Assembly: GCA_963727445.1 (NCBI GenBank)
Contig: CAVSGI010000009.1
Span: forward strand, 512,001-576,000
DNA length: 64,000 nucleotides
Direction: 5' to 3'
Source of the DNA: an uncultured delta proteobacterium
GTDB taxonomy: Bacteria; Myxococcota_A; Polyangia; Polyangiales; B10-G4
In this document: positions 51,239-59,910 of the stretch, one piece after another
Layout of the letters: each line of letters begins with the position of its first letter
Position numbering within the stretch: position 1 is the stretch's first letter
Translations under genes and position numbers: made by a program
Notes under the pieces: model-generated
Told to the model about the DNA's origin: nothing
The model's database searches: none
Seen by the model: the letters and a program-made list of their open reading frames with translations, nothing else

Positions 51239-52291
51239 GTGGCGAGCGCTTCAGAGTCAGCGGCGGCAGGGGTCGGCGACGGGCCGGAGACGACCGCCGA
51301 CGTCGAGGTCATGGACGCGGAGCTCCTCTTGCGTCTCTCCGGGCCGAACAGCGCGCATCTGAGGACGCTCGAAGGTGCGCTCGGGGTGAGCCTGGGCCTT
51401 CGGGGTCACACCATTCTGGTGCAGGGGCAGACCGACGCCGTCGACCAGGCGGTGCGGGTGCTCCTCGAGCTGGTCGATGTGCTGGGGCGCGGGAAGAACA
51501 TGTCCGGTGTGGAGATGGCGCGCGCGGCGCGGACGCTCCAGCGCTATCCGGAAGTGAAGCTGCGCGACCTCTTCGACGACGTGGTCCTGGTGGCGTCGCA
51601 GAAGAAGGCCATCGCTCCGAAGGGCATCGCGCAGCAGATCTACATCCAGGCGATTCGCGACTTCGACGTGGTCTTCGGCATCGGGCCGGCGGGTACCGGC
51701 AAGACTTACCTGGCGATGGCCATGGCCGTGCGCGCGCTTCAGTCGAAGCTGGTCAAGCGGATCATCCTGACGCGGCCGGCGGTCGAGGCCGGCGAGAAGC
51801 TGGGGTTCTTGCCGGGTGATCTCGCGGAGAAGGTGAATCCGTATCTCCGGCCGCTCTACGATGCGCTCCACGACATGATGGACATCGACAAGGCGCAGGC
51901 GTTGCTCGCCCGCGGCACCATCGAAGTCGCGCCGCTGGCGTTCATGCGCGGCCGGACGCTCAACGACAGCTTCGTGATCCTGGACGAAGCGCAGAACACC
52001 ACGCCGGACCAGATGAAGATGTTCTTGACGCGCCTCGGCTTCGAGTCGAAGGCGGTGATCACCGGCGACGCGACGCAGACCGATCTACCCGAAGGGCGGC
52101 GCAGCGGGTTGGCCGACGCGGCGAATCTCCTCGGAAAGATAGAGGGGATCCGCGTCTGTCACTTCACCGACGCCGACGTGGTGCGGCACCCCCTCGTGCA
52201 ACGCATCGTCCGGGCGTACGATGGGCGCGACGCCAGGCGCGAGGCGCAGCGTCAGGCCGAGGAAGAGGAGAGCGGGGGAGACGAGACGTGA
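51239..52291 (+). CDS. phoH: PhoH family ATPase
   Basis: GPAGTGKTYLA, LTRPAVEAGEKLGFLPGDL, MRGRTL, LDEAQN, VVRHPLV; start is 51239 or 51311. Confidence 0.95.
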   Translation: MASASESAAAGVGDGPETTADVEVMDAELLLRLSGPNSAHLRTLEGALGVSLGLRGHTILVQGQTDAVDQAVRVLLELVDVLGRGKNMSGVEMARAARTLQRYPEVKLRDLFDDVVLVASQKKAIAPKGIAQQIYIQAIRDFDVVFGIGPAGTGKTYLAMAMAVRALQSKLVKRIILTRPAVEAGEKLGFLPGDLAEKVNPYLRPLYDALHDMMDIDKAQALLARGTIEVAPLAFMRGRTLNDSFVILDEAQNTTPDQMKMFLTRLGFESKAVITGDATQTDLPEGRRSGLADAANLLGKIEGIRVCHFTDADVVRHPLVQRIVRAYDGRDARREAQRQAEEEESGGDET

Positions 52292-54255
52292 GCAACTCGA
52301 CCACGACTCGAACGCCGGGGGCGACGTCCCCAGCGGGATTCATCGCGAAGCGGATCAAGGCCGATCCGCGTATCGATCGCGATGAGATGGACGTGGTGGT
52401 GGCTGGTCAGGTGGTCGAGATCACCAAACGAGATGCGCTCCTGGTGGCGGTGCCCACCATCAGTCTGGCGCACGACGCGCTCGAGCCTTACGCGGAGCGG
52501 ATCGCCGAGGGGCGAGCGGGGCTGATCCTGGTCGGCGTTCCCCCGACCGGGTTTCTCGAGACGCTGCCCGAGCGTGCGGTGGTGGCGTTGGTCGACGGGA
52601 CCTTCGGCGACGACGCGCTCTACCTGACCTTTCAGGGGATGCTCGAGCGGGTGGAGATGCGCCTCACGGACGACCGCCGGCGGCGCACCCTCGATCGCTA
52701 TCGGTACGAGCTGGGCGAGCTCGTCGAGATCGCGCGCGCCTTGAGCCAGGAGCGCGACACGTCGCGCCTGCTGAACCTGATCCTCGAGAAGAGCCGATTC
52801 ATCACCGGTGCGGATGCCGGGAGCATCTACGTCCTGGAAGGGGACGATCCGGACTTCATGAATCGGAAGCTGCATTTCAAGCTTTCGCAGAACGAGTCGT
52901 GTGAGTTCGAGTCGAGCGAGTTCACCATGCCCGTGTCGACCCGGTCCATCGCGGGCGCGGCGGCGGTGACGCGTTCGCCGATCAACATCCCGGACGTCTA
53001 TCGGATCCCCGAGGAGACCCCGTACGGGTTCGACAAGAGCTTCGACGAGAAGGTCGGCTACCACACCAAGTCGATGATCACGCTGCCGATGATCTCGGCG
53101 GAAGACGACGTCATCGGGGTGATTCAGCTCATCAACAAGAAGAAGCACCCCGAGAAGCGACTGGTCGAGAAGGCCGACTTCGATGCGGAGGTCGTGGAGT
53201 TCGGCGAGCGCGAAGAGGAGCTCCTGCAGACGCTCGCCTCGCAGGCGGGCATCGCGCTCGAAAACGCGCTCCTCTACGAGGAGATCAACCGCATCTTCGA
53301 GGGGTTCGTGCGCGCGAGCGTGCAGGCGATCGAGCAGCGCGATCCCACGACGAGTGGTCACTCGCTCCGGGTGAGCGTGCTGTCGTGCCGGCTGGCCGAG
53401 ATCGTGGATACGGTCGATGCCGGGCTCTACGCGGACACCAGCTTCACGCGGCGGCAGATCAAGGAGCTCGAGTACGCCTCGCTCCTGCACGATTTCGGGA
53501 AGATCGGCGTGCGCGAGAAGGTGCTGGTGAAGGCGAAGAAGCTCTATCCGCACGAGCTGGCGGCGGTGCGGGCGCGATTCGACTACCTGCTGAAGGCGGG
53601 CGAGGTCGAGATGCTGCAGACGAAGATGCAGCTCGTGGCGTCGGGCGCGTCGAAGGAGGAGCTCGAGGCCGCGGAGATGGCCTACGAAAAGAAGCGAGGC
53701 GAGCTGCAGGGCGCGTATCAACTGGTGCTTCAGGCGAACGAGCCGACGGTGATGTCGGAGGGCGACTTCACGGCGGTGGGTGCGCTCGCCGAGCGGACCT
53801 ACGTGGGGCCGGATGGATGCAGCCATCCACTTCTGCACGACAACGAGGTGAAGTCGCTTCAGGTGACGAAGGGGTCGCTGAACGATCAGGAGATCGAGGA
53901 GATTCGATCACACGTGACGCACACCTTCGACTTCTTGTCGCGGATCCCGTGGGGCAAGACGATGCGTTTCGTGCCGCAGATCGCCGGCGCCCACCACGAA
54001 AAGCTCAACGGCAGCGGCTACCCGCGCGGCGTCAAAGCGGACGCGATCCCGCTCCAGTCGAAGATCATGACCATCGCAGACATCTTCGACGCCCTCACCG
54101 CGCGCGACCGCCCCTACAAGAAGGCCATGCCCGTCGAGCGCGCCCTCGCCATCCTCGGCTACGAAGTCAAAGACAACCACATCGACGCCGAGCTCGTCCG
54201 CCTCTTCACCGAAGCCAAAGTCTTCGAAGCCGTCCAAGACGACCTCTCCTACTAA
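52288..54255 (+). CDS. GAF + HD-GYP cyclic dinucleotide phosphodiesterase
   Basis: GAF GVIQLINK; RDPTTSGHS, LLHDFGKIG, HHEKLNGSGYP, IADIFDALT..RPYK. Confidence 0.93.
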   Translation: MSNSTTTRTPGATSPAGFIAKRIKADPRIDRDEMDVVVAGQVVEITKRDALLVAVPTISLAHDALEPYAERIAEGRAGLILVGVPPTGFLETLPERAVVALVDGTFGDDALYLTFQGMLERVEMRLTDDRRRRTLDRYRYELGELVEIARALSQERDTSRLLNLILEKSRFITGADAGSIYVLEGDDPDFMNRKLHFKLSQNESCEFESSEFTMPVSTRSIAGAAAVTRSPINIPDVYRIPEETPYGFDKSFDEKVGYHTKSMITLPMISAEDDVIGVIQLINKKKHPEKRLVEKADFDAEVVEFGEREEELLQTLASQAGIALENALLYEEINRIFEGFVRASVQAIEQRDPTTSGHSLRVSVLSCRLAEIVDTVDAGLYADTSFTRRQIKELEYASLLHDFGKIGVREKVLVKAKKLYPHELAAVRARFDYLLKAGEVEMLQTKMQLVASGASKEELEAAEMAYEKKRGELQGAYQLVLQANEPTVMSEGDFTAVGALAERTYVGPDGCSHPLLHDNEVKSLQVTKGSLNDQEIEEIRSHVTHTFDFLSRIPWGKTMRFVPQIAGAHHEKLNGSGYPRGVKADAIPLQSKIMTIADIFDALTARDRPYKKAMPVERALAILGYEVKDNHIDAELVRLFTEAKVFEAVQDDLSY

Positions 54256-54525
54256 CGGGGACGGTCTACACTTTTCAACTTTCTCCGCCGGTTTCGCGCC
54301 CTGCGATCGCGATCCACCGGGGACGGTCTACACTTTTCAACTTTCTCCGCCGGTTTCGCGGTCGCTGACACCCCGCGATAGTGCGCTCATCACCATTTCG
54401 ACGTGCTTCAATGCCTGAGCGATCGATCCACCGGGGACGGTCTACACTTTTCAACTTTCTCCGCCGGTTTCGCGGTCGCTGACACCCCGCGATCCACCGG
54501 GGACGGTCTACACTTTTCAACTTTC
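54256..54525. repeat. Left repeat array: 4 copies separated by duplicated fragments of the transposase 3' end
   Basis: 54318-54423 is identical to 54498-54603; all internal copies are preceded by GATCCAC. Confidence 0.92.
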
Positions 54526-55552
54526 TCCGCCGGTTTCGCGGTCGCTGACACCCCGCGATAGTGCGCTCATCACCATTTCGACGTGCTTCAATGCCTGAGC
54601 GATGGCGGCTTCGTTCCGGTTGAGCAGCGCCGAAGCGGCTGAGTCGCTGATTCCCAAGTGCGTGGCCATTTCACTGGCGTTTCGATTCAGGCCACGCGAC
54701 CACACGATGACCGCAACGCGACGAGCCGTGGTCAGAGTGCGCAAGCGGCTTCTGGATCTCATTGCGGCTTCATCGACCCCGAGGACGCGAGCCACGACGT
54801 GAACCACCGTTGCACAATCCATGGGCTCAGAGTTGCGACTCGGCAGCGAGGGGGGAGCAACCACCGGCACACGCATGAGCTGACCGTGGTCGTCCAAGTC
54901 GAAAACGGGCGGCGCGACTTGCACCGGGCCACCGGATTCGTGGCGGGCCTCTCGTTGTAGCCGGGGGATTCTGTCTCCCGCTGAGGGCATCGTTTCGAGG
55001 CTCTTCGCGGTGTCGGTTTACGAATTCGTCGAACGACTTCCTGCCGGAGGCACGACTGCTGAACCCCGACAGCTCCAGCCCGAGTTCGATGTGGAGCCAC
55101 GAAGGGGCGCCGGTCGGCTCGAGGTAGAGCCGGTGGGAGGTCCAGCTCGACTCCCGCGCCAACCTCACCACTCCGGCCCGCGGGGGGTTGTTGCTGACGT
55201 AGGACACCAGATAGCCAACAGCGTCGGCGCCACAGATGATGGTCGTGGGACGGCCCGCGAACAGAGGCCCACGGCGTTCCTGGCGCTTGTTCATCCACGT
55301 CGCGAAGCCGCCGTTGAGCGCCTTCATGAAGCCCTCGAGATCGAGCGTGCCAGCCATGGCCACCAAGTGGATGTGATTGCTCATCACGCCATAAGCGATG
55401 ATGCGCCAATCGGTGCGTGCCATGACAATGCCGAGCCGCCGGAGGTATTCGCCGCGTTCTGCCGCGCAGGTGATGCGGAAGCCCCCGTCGACGAAGCGAC
55501 AGACGATGTGGACGATGGAGCCTGGAGGTAGGAGTCGAGGTTGCCTGGGCAC
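54517..55552 (-). CDS. REP-associated tyrosine transposase (RAYT/IS200-like Y1) with C-terminal DnaA-C-like HTH; one frameshift near 54978
   Basis: MPRQPR..IVHIVCR, YGVMSNHIHL (HUH), N...RRGPLFAGR, YVSNNP.RAG (catalytic Tyr); C-terminal VARVLGV..MRSRSR..ARRVAV..EMATHLGISDSAAS in ORF 54517..54990. Confidence 0.88.
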
Positions 55553-55598
55553 GACCCCTTGTCGGCTGGTGAGCGGCGAAGTTGCGGACCTGAGCGAC

Positions 55599-55772
55599 GA
55601 AAGTTGAAAAGTGCAGACCGTCCCCGGTGGCGTGTCCCCGGTGGCGTGGTGAGTGGCGAAAGTTGAAAAGTGTAGACCGTCCCCGGTGGCGCCGTCCCCG
55701 GTGGCGCCCGGTCCCCGGTGGCGCCCGGTGGCGTGGTGAGTGGCGAAAGTTGAAAAGTGTAGACCGTCCCCG
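55599..55772. repeat. Right repeat array: 3 inverted 28-bp copies plus GTCCCCGGTGGCG stutters
   Basis: GAAAGTTGAAAAGTGTAGACCGTCCCCG x3; 13-mer at 55620, 55634, 55679, 55694 and 55711. Confidence 0.92.
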
Positions 55773-57290
55773 TTAGCGCATGATGGCTACTAGGGTGGCG
55801 GTGATGATGGCGATGAGGATGCTGGCGCCGGCGACGGCCAGCCAGTTGACTTTGGATTGGGGGCGCGTGGGGGGGATGGCTGCTTGGGGGTAGGAGAGCT
55901 CGCTCCAGTTCGGGCGGTTCATTTCGACGGTCCGGGCGGTCTCGATCTTGTCTTCTCGGGCGGGAGGGGTGGTGCGTTTGTCGGTGGTGCCGATGGCGTC
56001 TTCGAGGGTGGTGCCGGCGTCGCCGCCCGGGGAACCGTCGACCTCCTCCGGTAGGATGAGCGGCTTGGTGGGGCTGGCCTCGAGGTCCTGCGGCGCCTCG
56101 CCGCGAAGCGCCGCCATCGCGCGGCTCGGCGGCGGGCGTCGCCCTCCATCACTCGTCGGGTTCGTGTCCCGCTCCGAGATCGACACCGGCTCGAGCGCTC
56201 CAGGTGGCGGCGTCAGATCCATCGCCGTCCGCCGCATCGTCCGCTCGCCCTCCATCGGCTCGCTCGACCCCAGCTCCTCACTCAGCTCCACCGACACCTG
56301 CGTCGGCGCCGACTGAATCTCGTCCACGTCGTCGTACGCTTCCCGCCGCCGTCCCGACTCGGACGGCTGCCGGTGCCTCCGGCTCCCCTGACCCAGCACC
56401 TCGTCGATCGCATCGTCCAGGGTCTCGAAGACCACGCCCCCCGCGAACGGCTCGAGCGCCAGTCCCAGGGTGCGAATCGACGGGTAGCGGTCGTCCGGAT
56501 TCGGCGCCATCGCCTTCAGCACCACCTCTTCGAGCTTCTCCGGCACGTCGATGTTGATCACCGTCGGCGGTCGCGGATCCGTGTTGGTGATCTTGAAGAA
56601 GAGGTCGGGTAGCGAATCTCCGTCGAAGGGCAACTCGCGCGTCAGCCCTTCGTAGAGCATCACCCCCACCGAGTACACGTCCGCCCGCTGGTCTACCGTG
56701 CTCGAATCGGCGATCTGCTCCGGCGCCATGTAGTACGGACTCCCGAGGAACGTCCCCGCGCCCGTCAGCTTTCCGGTGGCATCCGGATCGCGCAGCTTCG
56801 AGATCCCGAAGTCGAGCACCTTCGCCCCGCCGGCGCGCCCGCGCCTCGGCAGGCACAAGAAGATGTTGTCCGGCTTGAGGTCGCGATGCACCACACCACG
56901 TTCGTGCGCCGCGAACACACCGCGCAACGCCGGCATCAACGTCTGCACCAGATCCTTCGGGCTCGGCGCCCCGCGGTCGAGATACTCCCGGAGCGACTCC
57001 CCGCGTAGCAGCTCCAGCACGAGGTAGAGCGACTCCTCGTACCGCCCCGCGTCGTAGATCTCCACCACGTTCGGATGGTCCACCGCGTTCGCCGCCCGCG
57101 CCTCGCGCAGGAATCGCGACGCCACCGTCGGATTCTCCGCCAGCTGCGGGTAGAGCCACTTCAATGCGACCCGCTTGCCGATCAGCTCGTGAGTCGCTTC
57201 GAAGACGACTCCGGCCGCACCCTTGCCGAGCTGCCGCTCCAGTCGATACTTCTCGGCGATGACCTCTCCGGGCTCGGGGACATCACTCAC
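55773..57290 (-). CDS. Membrane Ser/Thr protein kinase
   Basis: LGKGAAGVVF, VALK, VHRDLKPDN, LDFGISK, GSPYYMAPE; C-terminal TM; start taken at GTG 57290. Confidence 0.92.
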   Translation of the reverse strand: MSDVPEPGEVIAEKYRLERQLGKGAAGVVFEATHELIGKRVALKWLYPQLAENPTVASRFLREARAANAVDHPNVVEIYDAGRYEESLYLVLELLRGESLREYLDRGAPSPKDLVQTLMPALRGVFAAHERGVVHRDLKPDNIFLCLPRRGRAGGAKVLDFGISKLRDPDATGKLTGAGTFLGSPYYMAPEQIADSSTVDQRADVYSVGVMLYEGLTRELPFDGDSLPDLFFKITNTDPRPPTVINIDVPEKLEEVVLKAMAPNPDDRYPSIRTLGLALEPFAGGVVFETLDDAIDEVLGQGSRRHRQPSESGRRREAYDDVDEIQSAPTQVSVELSEELGSSEPMEGERTMRRTAMDLTPPPGALEPVSISERDTNPTSDGGRRPPPSRAMAALRGEAPQDLEASPTKPLILPEEVDGSPGGDAGTTLEDAIGTTDKRTTPPAREDKIETARTVEMNRPNWSELSYPQAAIPPTRPQSKVNWLAVAGASILIAIITATLVAIMR

Positions 57291-57344
57291 GTCTAAAGAG
57301 TATCCCCAGCGATGCTCACCGAGAAGGGTGTATGGTTCCCCCGG

Positions 57345-58250
57345 ATGGACGACCGCATCCACGATGGCGTTCTCGATCTCGTCGGCCGAACCCCCCTGGT
57401 GCGCCTCTGCAAGCTCTCACCCGAGGGCGGCGCCGAGGTCTGCGCCAAGCTGGAGTCCGCAAATCCGGCTGGCAGCGTCAAAGACCGCCCGGCCCTCTCG
57501 ATGGTCCTGGCGGCCGAGGCCGCGGGCGAGCTCGCCGACGGCGCGACCATCGTCGAGGCCACCAGCGGCAACACCGGCATCAGTCTCGCCATGATCTCCG
57601 CCGTTCGCGGCTATCGTTGCATCCTCGTCATGCCCGAGGACATGAGCCTCGCCCGCCGCGAGATCCTCCGCCTCTATGGGGCTGAAGTGGTCTTGACCCC
57701 GGCCGAGGAGGGAATGGCGGGCGCCGTCGACCGCGCCGAGGAGATCCGCAGCGCCGAAGGCGCATGGATGACGCGCCAGTTCGAAAATCCAGCCAACCCC
57801 GAGATCCACGCGATCACCACCGCTGAAGAGATCTGGCGCGCGACCGGCGGTTCCCTCCACGCTTTCGTCGCGGGTGTCGGCACTGGCGGCACCCTCACCG
57901 GCGTCGGCCGCGTCCTCAAGGAGCGAAACCCCGACATTCGCATCTACGCCGTGGAGCCACGCGCGAGCGCCGTGCTTTCCGGAGGTAGGCCCGGACTGCA
58001 CGGGATCCAGGGCCTGGGGGCGGGCTTCGTCCCGGAAGTGCTCGACCGGGCGCTGATCGACGAGGTCCTGACCGTCACCGATCTGGCCGCGGAACGCTCC
58101 ATGCGTCGCCTCGCGCGCGAAGAAGGCCTCCTCGTGGGGCCCTCCGCGGGCGCCAACGTCCACGCTGCCATCGAGGTCGCCGACGCGCTCGAAAAGGGCC
58201 AGCGCGTCGTCACCATCCTGTGCGACACCGGCGAGCGCTACCTCTGCTGA
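57345..58250 (+). CDS. cysK: Cysteine synthase A
   Basis: KLESANPAGSVKDR, EATSGNTG, GVGTGGT, HGIQGLGAGF, DTGERY. Confidence 0.95.
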   Translation: MDDRIHDGVLDLVGRTPLVRLCKLSPEGGAEVCAKLESANPAGSVKDRPALSMVLAAEAAGELADGATIVEATSGNTGISLAMISAVRGYRCILVMPEDMSLARREILRLYGAEVVLTPAEEGMAGAVDRAEEIRSAEGAWMTRQFENPANPEIHAITTAEEIWRATGGSLHAFVAGVGTGGTLTGVGRVLKERNPDIRIYAVEPRASAVLSGGRPGLHGIQGLGAGFVPEVLDRALIDEVLTVTDLAAERSMRRLAREEGLLVGPSAGANVHAAIEVADALEKGQRVVTILCDTGERYLC

Positions 58251-58365
58251 AACCCCCCGCACCTTTCGAGACGGGTCCTCATGTAGGCAAAAGTAGGTGC
58301 AAGCCCTTGGCCGCCCTGCCTTCACCATTCCAAAACGGCCCCCGTCCTGGTACCTCAGTACGACG

Positions 58366-59058
58366 ATGAAGCGGGCTTTCCTTCGCCATATCGCGCTGTC
58401 CGCCGTCCTGTTCTGCGCCATCCCCGTCGGCCTGCTCGCCTCACTGCCGAGCACGGCCGAGGGCCAGTGCATCGACGAGGCGATCCGGGACGAGCTCAAC
58501 GCCCGCCGTCGTTACCGCGGCGTACAGGAGCGGCTCTTCCAGAAAGCCGGCCGGCACGAGCTGAGCGTGATGGGCGGCGTCTATTCCGCCGACCTGCTCT
58601 CCTCTAGCTATCTGCTGCAAGGCGCCTACACGTTCCACGTCACTGAAGAGCTCGGCCTCGAAGCCAGCTTCGCCTGGAGCCAGGCCGACTCGAAGATCGT
58701 TCGCATCATCGAGAACGCCACCGGTGTCGAGCTCATCCGCGAGCAGGCAGACGTCTTCATCTATCAGGCGCACATTCTGTGGTCGATCGCGTATGGAAAG
58801 GTCCGGTGGTTCGGTAGCTCGATCTCGCGCTTCGATTTCTACCTGGCCCTCGGTGGCGGCGTCACGGACAACCAGACGGCGCGCGGCCTGACCTTCAGTG
58901 GCGGCATCGGGTTCAAGTTCTTCGCCGGCGAGTGGTTCGCCTTCCGCATCGACGTGCGCGACCAGGTGCTGCAGCAGGAGGTCCTCGGCGAGTCCACGAT
59001 CACCAACAACATCGCGGCCACCCTCGGGTTGTCAGCGTTCATCCCGTGGTGGAACTGA
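58366..59058 (+). CDS. Myxobacterial outer-membrane beta-barrel protein (GltA/GltH-like family)
   Basis: Signal peptide; VQERLFQKAGRHEL, WSIAYGK..FDFYL..GGG, amphipathic strands. Confidence 0.8.
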   Translation: MKRAFLRHIALSAVLFCAIPVGLLASLPSTAEGQCIDEAIRDELNARRRYRGVQERLFQKAGRHELSVMGGVYSADLLSSSYLLQGAYTFHVTEELGLEASFAWSQADSKIVRIIENATGVELIREQADVFIYQAHILWSIAYGKVRWFGSSISRFDFYLALGGGVTDNQTARGLTFSGGIGFKFFAGEWFAFRIDVRDQVLQQEVLGESTITNNIAATLGLSAFIPWWN

Positions 59059-59079
59059 AGAACGAAGGGTAGGCAGGCC

Positions 59080-59910
59080 ATGCAACACCGGCTTCGAGCG
59101 CTCGTCGCAGTCTTTCTCGCCCTCTTCTTCGTGGTCCTCGCTGCGTCGGATGCGAGCGCGCAGCGCCGCCGTCGACGCCGTCGCCGGCCGCCCCAGGAAA
59201 CGCAGCAGACCGAACAGGAGACCCCCGACGCGGGCCAGAGCAGCGCGGAAGGCGCCGCCGAAGGGCAGGTCGCCGGCGACGGCGATGGCGAGGGCGAAGC
59301 CGAGCTGCCTCCCGCCGAGTTCGAAGGCGGTGACGCCGCGGACGAGACTGAAGGCGCTGCCGCATCGGCGAACGAGTCGGGTGAAGGCGGCGCTGGCGCG
59401 GTCTACGAGGAAGAGGAGGAAGGCCCCGACCTCGGCCCGATCCGCGAGGAGTTCACCGCCATCATGGACGAGCTGGTACAGGTACGGAGCCGCGTCGCGG
59501 TCCTCGGCCGCCAGCTCTTCCGCACGCGGATGCGCGTGGTCGTCCAGAACCGCGCCGGCGACGACCAGACCCTCGCCAAGCTGGTCCTCAAGCTGGATGG
59601 CGCGCCCATCTTCCAGGGCGAGGGCCGCGAGGTTCCGGAGGACGGCGCCCAGGTCTTCGATGGATTCGCCGCGCCCGGCCCCCACGTGATGACCGTCGAG
59701 GTCGAGCAGCGCGCCCGCGCCGACGACGACTATCGCTACGAGCTCCGCGACACCTATCGCTTCCAGGTCATCCGCGACCGGCTCATCGAAGTGGAGATCG
59801 TCCTCGACGACGACTCCGACATCGCGGAGGACTTCGCCGACGACGAGGAAGGCGAGTTCGACGTCCGCACGCGCATGCGGGTCGCGACGAGGGCGCTGGG
59901 CGACGACTGA
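59080..59910 (+). CDS. Exported protein typical of Glt-paralogue clusters
   Basis: Signal peptide, acidic linker, coiled coil, LDGAPIF..FDG..PGPH domain. Confidence 0.7.
   Translation: MQHRLRALVAVFLALFFVVLAASDASAQRRRRRRRRPPQETQQTEQETPDAGQSSAEGAAEGQVAGDGDGEGEAELPPAEFEGGDAADETEGAAASANESGEGGAGAVYEEEEEGPDLGPIREEFTAIMDELVQVRSRVAVLGRQLFRTRMRVVVQNRAGDDQTLAKLVLKLDGAPIFQGEGREVPEDGAQVFDGFAAPGPHVMTVEVEQRARADDDYRYELRDTYRFQVIRDRLIEVEIVLDDDSDIAEDFADDEEGEFDVRTRMRVATRALGDD

Larger units (their letters stand above)
54256..55772. mobile_element. RAYT-type (Y1 HUH) element bounded by inverted arrays of a 28-bp REP-like repeat
   Basis: Left copies 54256-54283, 54318-54345, 54432-54459, 54498-54525; right inverted copies 55599-55626 (1 mismatch), 55658-55685, 55745-55772; transposase gene between them. 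Confidence 0.88.

Noticed and set aside
54256..54525. CRISPR-like array beside the transposase
   Set aside because: Inter-repeat segments vary widely in length and are copies of the adjacent gene end, not foreign spacers.
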